A stretch of 64,000 nucleotides of DNA from Moniliella sp. 'wahieum' (lineage: Eukaryota): assembly GCA_003971905.1 (NCBI GenBank), contig RSEE01000016.1:620001-684000 (forward strand), read 5' to 3'. The stretch's first letter is position 1; each line of letters starts with the position of its first letter. Shown here one piece after another: positions 1 to 12,886 of the stretch. The position numbers and the translations under genes are program-made. Below the pieces are notes generated by a model. It was not told where the DNA came from, ran no database searches, and worked only from the letters and a program-made list of their open reading frames with translations.

Positions 1-418
1 GAAGACCTCCAAGTCGCCCGTCGAGGGAGGCAAGAAGAAGGCGCGCACCGTGCGCAAGGAGACCTACTCCACCTACATCTACCGTGTCCTGAAGCAGGTT
101 CACCCCGACACGGGTATCTCCAACAAGGCAATGGCCATCCTCAACTCGTTCGTCTCGGACATCTTTGGTGCGTTGTCTCGTCCCGCTCTCCCTCTCCTCT
201 CTCCTCCCGTACCTCGCTGCGGCCGCTAACCCACCTCGTTCTCTTTGCTGCAGAGCGCATTGCCACCGAAGCGTCGAAGCTGGCGTCGTACAACAAAAAG
301 TCCACCATCTCCTCGCGCGAGATCCAGACCGCCGTGCGGCTCATCCTGCCTGGTGAGCTGAGCAAGCACGCCATCTCGGAGGGCCAAGTCGGTGACCAAG
401 TTCTCTAGCACCAAGTAA
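1..418 (+). CDS. H2B: Histone H2B (5' end outside window; intron 168-253)
   Basis: Spliced translation ...[92 protein letters not shown]. Intron GTGCGT...GCTAAC...CAG. A probable indel lies near 384. Confidence 0.98.
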
Positions 419-1251
419 CCTGCTCCCGGTTCTGACGGGCTGGCTGCGGTGATTGTAGTGATACGTGTACCATTATTGATGCTTGGCATTGTGTCCATTT
501 GTCTCGTTTCTCCCTTGAGCGTGGTAGGCAGCGGGATCAGTAGAGCGACAACAACTTGCATGTTGAGGGTCGCGCCCACCTGGGGTCGGATAGACAGGCG
601 ATGTCCCACCAGTCGGACCCGAGAGACTTACCTAGTCGGCCCAATAAAGGGAATGGCCGGGTGGACAAGTGGTACTCTGCCTCTGGCCTGTCAACACGAG
701 CGACAGATGCAAAGACGCGAACACAAAGGGCTCTGATAGGGTTTTGGGCCCTGGCTGGAGAGGATAAGTGTGTGGTGTGATGCGCCTGAGGCTGCGCAGA
801 GGTAGGAGGGTAGGGAGGGATGGGCAGGCTGCTCCAAGGATTCTTGACCAAAGACCAACTCAGGGGCGTTCGGCAGAGGGGCTCCCCTTCAAGCAGCACG
901 CGGCGCGAGGCGAGTGTGCGTTGCTCTGGTTGGGCTGCGCCACACTGGCACGGCGCCTGTTGCGGGCGGTGGTCACGTGGTTGGACGGGTGATAGGTGGG
1001 TGAGCGCGCGGCTGAGCAGCGCTGTTGGGCGAGGCGCCACGATGGGCGACGGGCGGCGATCCCAAGCGCTCCCCCACCGCCATTCCTTTCACCTCCCACC
1101 GGCGCTTTCTGCCACTGCGCCCCGCCAGTGCCAGCGCCAGCGCCATCGCTCCCGCCGCCCCCTCCTTCTCGCCTGGTCGGGAGCCCTCGCACGCTTCTCC
1201 TCGCCTGCGCCTCCCTCTGTCCTCTTTGCGCCCCACCACCCCCTCTTCGCC

Positions 1252-4200
1252 ATGTCGGGCAACGTCAAAGTCGTTGCGCGCTTCCGCCCTCCCAACACGC
1301 TCGAGTTGCGCGAGGGCGGCGACATTGTCGTCGACTTTAGCGCAGTCAATCCCACTGATCCTGGCGAACACACGATCAAGCTCCTTGGCTCCACCAACTC
1401 GGACGCGCTCAATGGCTTCACCTTTGACCGCATCTTCCCCATGGGCACCCCCAGCGCGACGTTTTCGAGTTTGGGATTCGCGACACGGTAGACGGTATGC
1501 CACCCCTCTTCCTTTTCTCGTGGCGCTTGCATGTACCACCCTGCTGACTCTATTCGTCAGATGTGGTCAACGGCTACAATGGCACCATCTTTGCCTATGG
1601 CCAAACGGGCTCGGGTAAGACGTTTACCATGATGGGCTCGGACATTGACGATGAAAACACCAAGGGTATTATCCCGCGCATTACCGAGCAAATCTTTGAG
1701 TCGATCATGGTCTCGCCACCAAATCTGGAATACTTTGTCAAGGTGAGCTACATGGAAATCTACATGGAAAAGATCCGCGACCTGCTGCAACCACAGAACG
1801 ACAATCTTCAAATCCACGAGGACAAGGCCCGCGGTGTCTATGTCAAGGGATTGACCGACGTTTATGTTGGCTCAACGGGTGAAGTATACGAGATTATGCG
1901 GCAGGGAAGCTCGGCCCGGGTCGTGTCCTACACCAACATGAACGCCGAGTCCTCCCGCTCCCATTCGATTTTCGTCATCAGCATTCAGCAGCGCACACCG
2001 AGACGGGCAGCTCCAAGACCGGCAATTTGTATCTCGTCGACCTGGCTGGTAGCGAAAAGGTGGGCAAGACGGGCGCCAGTGGCCAGACGCTGGAAGAAGC
2101 CAAGAAGATCAACAAGAGTTTAAGTGCGCTCGGCATGGTGATCAATGCCTTGACCGACGGCAAATCGGGGCACATCCCTTACCGTGATTCCAAGCTGACC
2201 CGCATCCTGCAAGAGTCCCTGGGTGGTAACTCACGCACGACTCTGATTGTCAACGCTTCCCCCTGCTCCTTCAACCAAGAGGAGACCTTGTCGACGCTTC
2301 GGTTTGGTGTGCGTGCCAAGAACATCAAGAACAAGGCGCGCGTCAATGCAGAAATGTCGCCTGCCGAGTTGCGGCAGGCCCTCAAGAAGACCAAGGCCGA
2401 GGCGGACCGGTACAAGGCCTATATTGCGGCTCTCGAGGCCGAGATCAAGATCTGGCGTGCCGGGGGCAAGGTCGCCGAGGCCGACCGGGCCGATGCGACC
2501 AAGGTGGGTACCGCCGCGCCTGGTCACCAGGCCACGGGAAGCACCGTCTCCACGGGCACCAGCAAATTGTCTGCACCGAGCAGCAAAGACTCGCCGCGTC
2601 CCACCAGCCCGGCAGTGGAAGGGCTCAAAGAGCTTACTTCCCGCCCGATACGCCGACGGTCGTTGGTCTCGACAAGGACGAGCGCGACGAATTCTTGCGT
2701 CGGGAGAACGAGCTGGCGGACCAGGTGACGGAAAAGGAGGCGGCGCTCAAGCTTGCTCAAAACCATCTCGCCGAGGTCCAATCCGAGCTTGCCTTCCTCC
2801 GTGAACAGGAAGAGACGTTCAACAAGGAAAACAAGGCGTTGACGACAGAGATGAACGAGGTCAAGCTCGAACTGGAGCGGATCCGGTACGACAGCAAGGA
2901 CTCGACGATCATGATGGACATGCTCAAGGAGCAAAATGCCGAGTTGACCGTCGAAGTGGAGGAGCTAAAGAAGAACTTGGCTGCCGAAACGGCGCAAAAG
3001 ACGGCCAAGGATGCAGCCCAAGAAGAGCGCAAGGAACGCAAAAAGCAAGAAAAGATGGCCAAGATGTTGGCTGACTTTAGCTCGGGCATCCTTACCGAGC
3101 GCGAGGAGCAGATTCGCGCCACCCTGCTCAAGCTTGAAACGACCGCTGGCGCGCTGAGCAAGGAGGACATGGGCATGGTCCGGGAGCAGCTGCTCGAGTC
3201 GCAGACGCTGGTGCGGGAGCAGCAGGAACTGTTGACGCAAGCGCAAGAAGAGAACGATTTGCTGCTCCAACGGCGTGAGGAGACCGAGGTGCGCCTGATG
3301 GAGCTCGAGACGGAATACGAAGAGTTGATTCAGCGCCAAGTGCGTGAGGCGCAAGCTACACACCAAGGCGGCGATGTGGAGGCTTTGGTGGAAGATCTCA
3401 AATCCAAGCTCGAGGTGCAGTATGCCAACAAGCGCCAAGCGCAAGCCGATGCGCTTACCGACTTGCAACACCAAGTCGACGTTAAAGCCAAGGAGGTTGC
3501 CTCTTTGCGTGCGGCCAACGAAGAGCTGAAGAATAACAACGAGGAGCTGAAGCGTGCGTTTGCCATCACAGCGGCCGGTGTCGAGGGCGGCAAGAACCTC
3601 GCCGAGTCGGCCCGCGAAATGGAGCGGGTGCGCAAGACGATGGCCAACCAACTGGCCGAGTTTGACCTGATGAAGAAGAACTTGATGCGCGATCTGCAAA
3701 ACCGATGCGAAAAGGTCGTGGAACTGGAACTGTCACTGGATGAGTCCAAGGAACAATACAACAATGTTTTGCGTTCCAGCAATGCCCGCACCCAGCAAAA
3801 GAAGATGGCGTTCCTCGAGCGCCAACTGGAGCAGCTGGTCGATGCCCAACAACAGTTGGTTGCCCAAAATGCGGCGCTCAAGACCGAGGTGTCGGTGGCC
3901 GAACGCAAGTTGGTCGCACGGCAAGAACACATTCGTGCGCTTGAAGCGTCGCTCACCGAGTCGCAACATAAGCTGGCCGCGCAGAATCGGAGGTACGAGC
4001 AACAGATGGAGGCGGTGCGGACCAAGCTGGCGCATGCGCGCGAAGCACGCGCTTTGGCCCCGGCTAATGCCTACGGACGGATCGCCAAGCCCCTGCGCGG
4101 CGGTGGCGGCGCTCCTCTGCCGGTTCAACAACCTGGCGCGCCCGTCGCCGTACCGCGCGGCGCGGCAATCACCCCGGCCCAAGCGCAAAGCCACCAACGT

Positions 4201-4323
4201 ACCGCCTCCACCCTCGCCTCGCCTCCCTATGGCGAGCCAGGCTCCTTGCGCACTCGTCCCGACGCGGGCAACTCGATCAAGAGCCGCTCCAACTGGTTCT
4301 TCTCCACGTCCAAGCAGGTGTAA
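1252..4323 (+). CDS. kin1: Conventional kinesin heavy chain (kinesin-1); intron 1495-1560
   Basis: [13 protein letters not shown] start, P-loop GQTGSGKT, switch motifs NAESSRSH and [27 protein letters not shown], long coiled coil, tail [10 protein letters not shown] and C-terminal SNWFF. Frameshifts near 1450, 1995 and 2650. Confidence 0.96.
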
Positions 4324-5073
4324 TCACCGCAACCGCTTGCTCGAACAGCCTGCCCCGTGTTGCTGAAGCTCTCAACTCGCACCAGCACTGTCTATCTTGT
4401 CGACCGTGTGGTGGGTTGGCATTGGACGTTGAACGGCTCGGCTCGCTCGCTCGCGTACGCGTCTGCGCCAGCCCAAGCTTGACGGCCAACGTTGGCTGCC
4501 GGGTTGATCCATGATCCATGATCGATGGATCGAGGTCAAGCAGACGGGAATGCAATGCTGTTTCGGCTCATACCCTGGGGTCCCGCTGCCCTGCCTTTTG
4601 TCCTTGCCCTGTCCTTGCCCCTGTCCTTGCCCTTGCCCTGCTACCTCTCTCGCCCACTGCTCTCCTGTGTTGGTTTTGGCCCCACACCATTCTCTTGTAC
4701 GAAGACTTGGATCGTATGCATCGTAGATATGCGGTGTGTATTGGGATGGTTGGCGGGGGCGGACCGTACACAGGTACACCGCAGCACAACCGCAGGTAGC
4801 ACAGACAGCAGCAGCAGACCAGGGAAAAGGTGCGCAAATGGTACCAGATATGCATGAGAAGAGGAAGAGAATGGAGGCAGGCTTCGTGGCTGGGCACGAA
4901 AAGAAAGAGGAAGAGAGGAAGAAAGAGAACGCATGCGGGCAAAAGCGGGGCATGGCATGGCATAAGTAGAACATGAGGGGAAAGAGCAAGGGAAGAGAAG
5001 AGACAGATGGGTGGCAACTGGCAACTAAACTACGCAAGACATCCCAGGTGCGACCGAGCTAAGACCGGTAGGG

Positions 5074-8000
5074 TCAGGATCGCTTTTTTCCCCTACGCAT
5101 CCGCGTGAGCAAGACGAGCGAGCTGCAACGCGTGCTTGGCCCTGGGGCAAGAGAGGAAGCGGGCAGAGGAAGAGGGGAGGGGCTACCCACTTTCGCGGGA
5201 CAGCTGCGTCGCCGCCGATTGGCGCCAGGCCAACAACATCGACGTCCCATCGACTCGTCGTCCACCTCGTGCAACGACGACAAGGGTTGGCCCAACACGT
5301 ACCGCTCGCACGTCAAGTCGTACGCGTCGGGGTTGAGCCATTCGCGACTCGCAGGCTCGGGCGGCGGGGCAGCCGTGGCCATTGCCATTGCCATCGCCAT
5401 CGAACGCAATGACACGCCCGTCTCACCAGCAGCGTCGGGACTCGCCGTCGTGCCGGTTCGGGGATCCCCCGACCAGGACCCAGCCTCAGCCGCAGGTGCC
5501 TCTTTGCGCAGCAGCACAGGCGCGGCAGCGCGTGGTGCAGCGGATGACTAGCAGCCAAGCTGGCGTCGGTCGACAAACGTATCGTGTCCAGTGCCGAGGG
5601 ACGCGACGAAGCGGCAGGCGGCGTGGGCAAAGGCCGCGCCGACCGCACGGGCACAGCCTTCTCGACGCCAGGCAGCGGGACCGGGACCGGCCCCACGGCG
5701 CCAAGGGGGGACGCAAGGGCGGTATCGGACACGGTACGCCCTCGGCGTGGTACAGGCCCAGGAATCGGTACAGGCACAGGCACAGGCACAGGCACAGGCC
5801 CCGAACTTGCCGAGGTCGGAAACGATGGCGCGATGGAGTCGCACGCGGGAGGAGTGGATGCGGCGCTGTGCGTCGTGGCGGCTGTAGCGTCGCTCCGTGA
5901 GAAGGGGCGACAGAGTGGGTGTGCGAATGCGAGTGCGAATGTGAGTGCGAGTGCGAGTGCGAGTGCGAATGCGAGGGGGGAGGGGAGGTGGTCGAAGCAT
6001 ACGAAGGCGCAACAACGCCCGTGTGCCGAGCAGCGCTTGCGTCCACACCCTGTGCCACCGCAGGCACCGTGTCGGGTACGGTCTCCTGGCGCAGAGGGAC
6101 GTGGGAGGCAGGTGCCGGAGCCGGTGGAGAGAAGCCGAGGCGGGATGATCGGATGGAGGCGGGCCCTTCTTAAAGCGCCAAAGGGAGGCCAGCTTGCCTT
6201 TCCGGCCGCCTTTCTTCTCTGTCGCAAGTACTGGTTCTGATGTCGATACCGATCGAGGCGGTGCGGATGTCGGGGGCGATCGAGGCGGTGCTGGTGTCGC
6301 CGGCGGTGCCTGGGCCGGCATCCGTCGAGGCTGAGCAACCGGGGCTGAAGAAGGAGGCAGACCTGCAAAGATGCTGTGAGCCGACGGCGATGCGGGTACA
6401 GCAGCCACCTTGGGCTCGCTGGACCACGTCCAGCGAGCCCATGGCCGTTGTTTGCGCAGCTTGCGCTCGTCGACGGACTGTTCCAGCGCCGCGCGGCAGG
6501 GCGGCGGGATCTTCTCAGCCACAACAAACCAATGGTCCGACCGGCTGTCATCGGTAACGGTCGCCGCCGGACCAGGCAGGTGGAGCAGGACCCAGTTGGC
6601 CGGCCGGTGCAGAATGTCTGTCCGCTCGCTCCACCCTCCGCCCAGCAGAGAATCGGCCCAGACCTGGGCAAACAGCGGATCAAACCCCTTTGGGTCGCTC
6701 GCATGCACGCTTTCCTCCTCGTCCAACGCGGGCAAACGGTGTTGCGCTGCCTCGTACGCTTGCGCCCACGCCGATTTCTCCGTCGGCCGCGGTTCCCACC
6801 CCCCCGTCGCGTCGGGAAGGGCCAAATGCAAGCTCGCCCGACCCGAGCGATAAAAGCCTTCTTGGGTAAAGTCGGTCCACAACATGGTCTCGGGCCGCGC
6901 CGACGCAGCGGCCGGATTGGGTCGAAGCGTGAACGCTGTTGGGTCGTCCGGACCAAATCCCTGCGAAGCAAATTGACCCCAGGCCACTTGGCCAAAGGTG
7001 GTGCCCTTGGGCACGGCCGCGGACCCAGAGGCAGATCCTGGACCTGGAGCGTGGCCTGGAACCAGCTTGTGCAACACGTCGGACCAGTGCGGCGCGCCGG
7101 CTGTCTGGGCCAGATGGCTCTCCCACACACTCCACGGCGGGTCACAGGCAGTGGAGAGGAGTTCGGGGCTGAACAAGCGCACGGCACGTTCCAGGACAAC
7201 GATGCGTTCTAGCGTAATGTGCCGTGGCAGCTGGTTGAGGTCAGAGCGGAGGCCATGCGGGTACTTGAGCACGTGCTCCTTGAGCCGCGGTGGCAGGCCC
7301 GTTACGCTGTGCGACAGGTGGCGCACGTAGGCTAGCAAGAGGTGCTCAGCAGCGTTGCTGGTACGGACATAGGCGAGGTAGGTCTGGTCAAACGAAGCAT
7401 CGGTCGGCAGACCAAAGAGCAGCGGACCAAACATGCGTCCGATCCGCGAGGGAGTCATACCGTTCGTGCTGGAATGCGCCGCCACCGAGGAGAGCAGCGA
7501 AAAGAGCGTCCGTAGCAGCTCGGCCTCGTTTGGGCCCAGACTCTGGACGAAGAGGGCAAAGGCAGAGGTGGGGTAGCCAGCACCTACGAAGGCACGCAAA
7601 TGAGTGTCAGAGAGATATGAGAGCAAAGGGGGCTGAGGGGGTTAGGGGGGGGGGGTACGACTCACGCCGCTCGTCCGCACGCCATTGGAGATACATGGTC
7701 ATCAACAGAAAGCCTCGCTCGCGCACGTACGGCGCAGGGGGCGAACGCGCTTTGGAGCGCTTGGCAGGCTCGGCTGAGGCGGAAGGCAGGGCGATGCGCT
7801 TGGACACCCGGCACAGTGCCCACTTGACCAGCGCACTGAGGTCATGTGGGGTAGCGATGCGTGCTTCGCGGACAAAGCGGGGCGGCAGCGGCTGCTGCGG
7901 GGGCGGGATGATGGGCACGACCTGGGCCGCCGGCCCCGACAGGCGGGCGGGCGGCAGCTGGAGGTATGCGGCCAGCAGCGCATCGCAGCCCTCGACGGTC

Positions 8001-8214
8001 TGGTCCATGGCCAGGGCAGAGAAGAGCAGGGGGAGTCGAGGCCGCGCTCGCGGAGCTGGGTGGCACACGCCTCGACCAGCGCCGCGGCCCGGACAGTGTC
8101 GAGCTCGACATGGAGGCCGCGACGAAAGTACCCGTCTGCAGGCGCGGCGAGCTGGGCGGTGCGAGCGAGGGTGTCGAGGGTGCCGGCCAGGCCGCGGCGG
8201 TCGCTGGGCGGCAT
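5074..8214 (-). CDS. Msb1/Mug8-type (RhoGAP-fold) protein with long Pro/Ser-rich C-terminal region; intron 7584-7665
   Basis: Segments [53 protein letters not shown] and [33 protein letters not shown] resemble the fungal Msb1/Mug8 domain. Intron GTGAGT...CTGAC...TAG. The stop position is uncertain because of indels. Confidence 0.7.
5925..5972. repeat. (GAGTGC/GAATGC)n hexamer microsatellite inside the Msb1-like CDS
   Basis: About 8 tandem imperfect 6-mers are visible. A (CAGGCA)n tract lies near 5770-5800. Confidence 0.85.
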
Positions 8215-11200
8215 GGCGTCGCGTGGGAGGAGACGGGGAGGGGAAGGAGGGAGATGGAGATGGGGATGGGCAAGCCAAGCCTAGGCAAGCCAGGGGGCGC
8301 AAAGCACGGGCAGGAAAGAGTAGGTTATAGGAGGCTCCCTTGAGCGATGATGATGCCATCCATGTCCTCGCTCCGCTTCAAGGAGAATGGAGCGCCGTGG
8401 GCTCCATCGGCTAAGGCAGGCAGCAGGCGAGCTAGAGACTCAGCCGCTCAGTACCAGTGCCCGTCGCAGTCGTAGTCTGACGCAGCAGTCACCCGTCCCT
8501 GGTCCCAGTCAGGCTCCGCCTCAGCCGCAGGGCACACCCCACACTGCTCATGTGCCCCACCCGCCGAGCACCCTAGATTCCCACAGCAGCACACTGCCCC
8601 CGTCCGCCCCCGCCTGCCCCTCGTCTCCGACACGCGACTGTGCTGCGGCGCCCAGCGGCACACACGCCCGCACGGGGGCAGCGGGCGCCACCGAGCCATC
8701 TGCATCACACATCATGCGTCGCAGCACTGTCCCCTCCGCACCCCACCAGTGTCCGCGTCGCTCAGCGGCACGCCAGCCGCCGCTGCGTTCGTTCGCCCTC
8801 TTATTAGACCGTGCACGCTCAAAACCTCGGCAGGCGATTCCCTTCAGGCTTCAAGCTTCAAGCAGCCCAAGTCCACTCATGTTCTACAGCACCCGTGTGC
8901 TGCAGCGACTTCATTCCAATCCACCCTCTTTGTCTTCTGGCCTGCCGCGCGGGCTGGCTTCCAGTAGCCTCAGGCCTCATCTCAGATCTCAGATCTCAGA
9001 TCCCATCGCAGCGGGCTGCCCATCCGACTCCATAACTGCCCGCGTCCGTGCGTCACGCGTCACGCGCCAGCGCTATACTGGTGGCACTGGCCAGTCACAG
9101 AGTTAGTAGTCCTATATCGTCAGTCACTAGTCACTAGTCACCTTGAAAGTCCGGGCCAATCGGAACCCAAAGCCCCCGCACCAGTTCGTCTCTGCCCTTC
9201 TCTACCCCCCCCAAAGGCCATACGCAGCGAAGATCATTTTGAGCCTGTTTCTCCAACCGGGGCCAGAAGAACAGCATTTGTGTCCCTGTAGTGTGTTCCG
9301 CACGTTTTATTGTTTTACCTCGAACAGTTGATAGGCCCTTTAGAATGTATAGAGTCTCGACCCACTGGCAGGACGACGGGGGGGTGCAGAGGGGAAGGTG
9401 CAGTGTGAGCGGTAGAAGAAACGCCACGCACAGTCGATATATACCACACGGCAAACCAACACAAACACAACACACCGCAGGCCAAAAAAACCGCCACAGG
9501 CCTGTGCATATACCTCAAAAGGGTGCCTCCCTTTCAGTACAAACGAACAACACACGTCTCCCGAACACACAAACATATATGGCAACAGTATTAGTAACAT
9601 TGTTTTGATGCGTCTTCTCTTCATCTTCTCTTGTGATGCATAAAACGCGTTCAACGTTTAACGCGGATGTACCAAAACACGGATGTACTAATGTGAAGAG
9701 GCAGTTTTCCTTCGTCCGTGGCCGAGATGATAAGCACACACGACCTTATGTGTATTAGAAACAGTCATATGCTATAGACCATCTACCCCTCTGTTGCGCA
9801 CCCTTCTCTAAGAAAGAGATCCCCCTTTTTAGAAGAGCGAAGATGGGTCCTGTGGAGTTCTGAAGATATGGGGCTCTCCCTCGGAGCTCTCCCTCGAGCG
9901 TGTTCCAATTGCATTGGTGGCGCCAGTTGTGGCGGTGTGGTCTAAAAGGGAACCACAATACTATTTCCCACAGAGAGGCACATCAATAATAAGCGGCCAG
10001 TCGCCATCTCGGGCCTGGCTGATGCTCAACGAAAACAGAAGCGAGAGAAAAGAGCGGAGCTCCTTAGCTTGTGAGGGGGGTTTAAAGAGATGGCCTTGAC
10101 CCCAAACGGACGGAGAGTCGCTCTGTAGTGGAATATTGCCCCCCGTGACCACAACTGCCATGGGTCATCAACTGACTCTTGCAAATCCCAAGGTCCCTAT
10201 GGTTCGTCTCCCCTTCTGGCTCAACAGGACATTTTTCAATCCGCGAGAAGAAATACGGGGAACCCCGAAACCCAATTAAGGGCCCTCAAACCGGGAGGCG
10301 AAAGGCTGTACACTCTCTGCTCCTTTGACCACATCTGAAGGGTATTCCGCGCTTAAGAAAGTGACCATGATATACAATACTGGATGCCATACAGCAAGGC
10401 TGTCTGTGAGCGTCAAGCAAAAGCATTTGAAGCCCCTACTCTTCAGCCTTCCAACTTATAGACGCAAAACCTGAATGGGAAACAGGTTATTCAAGCGGCT
10501 TGCGCAGTTGGTGCTGGAAGCCATATCCAGTTTCTCATTTCACTCAAGGGTAAGTCTTCATCGCAACCTTCGAAAAAGGCCAACGACCCTCCTATATGAC
10601 TTAATGGCCTCCTCGCCCGCTCGCCTCTCTCCCCTTTTTTTCCCCTTCGTGGAGTTGTCACGTCAACTATAAGCGGATACCGCTGTATCTGTGAGCCTGC
10701 GTCTACTCCTTCCATTGGGTTCATGTGTTCGCTTTCCCTTCTCCCCGTCTTTTGTCCACGACCGACACTGTTTCCCGTTGGTTCATCGTTCGCCCTCTTT
10801 CTAGTGCCCGCATAATCAGCTCCGTATAATAGCTCATCAAGTAGACCACTAGAGGAAATGTAATTGCGGGGCCAATTGGTCACGGTGCACAACAAGATTG
10901 TCATAGAGCACATAATCCCTAACCCTTCCCCTTTCGTTATCTTGTCTCGTTGTATCTTTCCCCACCATACCAACCATCGCCAGTACCGAGAAAAAAAGGG
11001 GGCGTGGAGGTAGCCGGTGACAGCCATGCAGCTGGAAGTCCTAACAGGAACGGGGAGTCCATATGATCTCTCATGCATACAGCATTGCCCCCCGCCCTAC
11101 TGCTATAAAGATGCACCCTTCTAATATCCGCGCCTCAATACGTCTCATTTGCAAGCGCTTTTCTCTTGCTTTTGGTGGGGGGAGCAGATATGTCAAAGAC

Positions 11201-12138
11201 AATACACTTTCCCCAGCAAGGAAAACAGGAAAATGAGGTATGGATGTCAGCCACAGCTTGGTTTGGATCTATTGGGCCCTCCTCTCCGATCTGTACCAGG
11301 AGAGCATCAGGAGACGCTCAGAGAGATTAGGGGAATGGGCACTTAATTTTCAGGCGCTTTTCTTCTGCTGTTGCAATGGCCAAACCAATGTGTGGGGGGT
11401 GTTACATGCTATGACAAAAGTCGCCTTTGCGTTGCAGGTGGCCGGACTTGCCGAAGAGAGGATGCCAGAAAAGGGGAAGACAAAAGTGGGCTGAGCGCTG
11501 ATCGAAACGACGGACGGACGTTGGGGTTCAAGTTGAACAGTGAACGTTGAACGTTGACGACGTTGACGGGGCAAGTGTGGTGGTCACAGGAAGGGGATGG
11601 GCAGTGCGGGATGCGTTCAACGTTCAACGTTAAACAGCTGAGGCGGCGGTGCCGTTGGTTGCGATCGGTCATGCCGAATGGAAGAGAGGGCGTGCGATGC
11701 ACAGCACAATGTGAAAGGGCGAGGCAGGAGGGGGCAGGGACAGCAGACACGCGGCACGCGGCACGGGGCCCCAGTGCGCTGGTCGCGGGTTGGTCAGGAG
11801 GCACGGAGCCACTGGGCTTCTCCCCCTCGGGAGGGCCGCACAGGCACAGTGTCGAGCCCGTGATGCCGCCCCTGCGGGCGGAGGATGGGGCAGGGCGCCT
11901 GTGTGTGGTCTGGGGCCGGTGCGGCGCGCGCTGCGGCTGTCTGGCCGGAGGCGGGGGGGATAATCCGCGCAAACGCAAGCCAGGCCGCCGCAGACGCCGA
12001 CTTCCATCGCCTGCTCGGCGTCCAGCCAGCCTCCTGTCGCCTGCTGTCTGTGCTGTTACTACCGCTTCTGCTGCTGCTGCTGCTGCCTTTGCCTCCGGCT
12101 GCCCAACTCTGCTGTTCTGTACGCCCACCACCACGCTC

Positions 12139-12886
12139 ATGTCCGAGGTCCACCCGTCGCAGCAAACCATCAAGTGTGCGTCTCTGCCTCCCTCCCAGCG
12201 GCCGCCGTCTGCTACTCGGCACGCCGCCCTGTGCCCCCTCCCCCCCCCCCCCCGCCTGTGTCCTTCCCGTCCGCTGAACGCTCCGGCTAACCCCTGCTGC
12301 CTTCCTTCTCCGCTGCTGCGCAGGCGTCGTTGTGGGAGATGGTGCTGTGGGAAAGACGTGCTTGCTCATCTCTTATACCACCAACTCCTTCCCCAGCGAC
12401 TACATCCCCACCATCTTTGAGAACTACTCAGCTCAAGTCTTGGTCGATGGCAGACCCGTCCTCCTTGGCCTGTGGGACACGGCGGGCCAGGAAGACTACG
12501 ACCGGCTGCGCCCGCCTCAGTTACCCGCAGACCGACGTGTTCTTGATCTGCTTCAGTCTTGTGTCGCCGCCGTCGTTTGAGAATGTGAAGAGCAAGTGGT
12601 GGCCCGAGATCACGCACCACGCACCCCAAGTTCCCGCCCTGCTGGTTGGGACCAAACTGGACTTGCGCGACGACCGAGACACGCTGGCCAAACTGCGCGA
12701 GCGCCGGATGGGACCCATCTTGTATGCCCAGGGCTCTCAGTTGGCCCGAGAGATCGGGGCGGTCAAGTACATGGAGTGCTCGGCGCTGACCCAAAAGGCC
12801 TAAAGGGCGTGTTTGATGAGGCGTTGCGCGCGGTCATCACCCCGCCCGCGCAAGCAACGAAAGAAGACAATTGCCAGATCTTGTAA
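12139..12886 (+). CDS. rac1: Rac-family small GTPase; intron 12176-12323
   Basis: [75 protein letters not shown] and CAAX box CQIL. W56 indicates Rac rather than Cdc42. Indels near 12515 and 12798. Confidence 0.9.

Noticed and set aside
2757..4197. Long antisense and alternate-frame ORFs here and throughout the ORF track
   Set aside because: These are shadow ORFs expected from high GC and codon bias, and they show no recognisable motifs.
10917..10926. CCCTAACCCT (and TAACCCTAAC on the minus strand at about 61557-61566) as a telomerase RNA template
   Set aside because: A 10-nt match is unremarkable and no supporting structure is visible. The second site sits in the BNA6 promoter and a transcript from it would run into the tRNA.
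12838..12886. Rac C-terminus apparently lacking a polybasic region ([13 protein letters not shown])
   Set aside because: The shifted frame of the same bases reads CGC AAG CAA CGA AAG AAG (RKQRKK). Two deletions totalling 3 nt would restore ...RKQRKKxNCQIL, so this is most likely a sequencing artefact.
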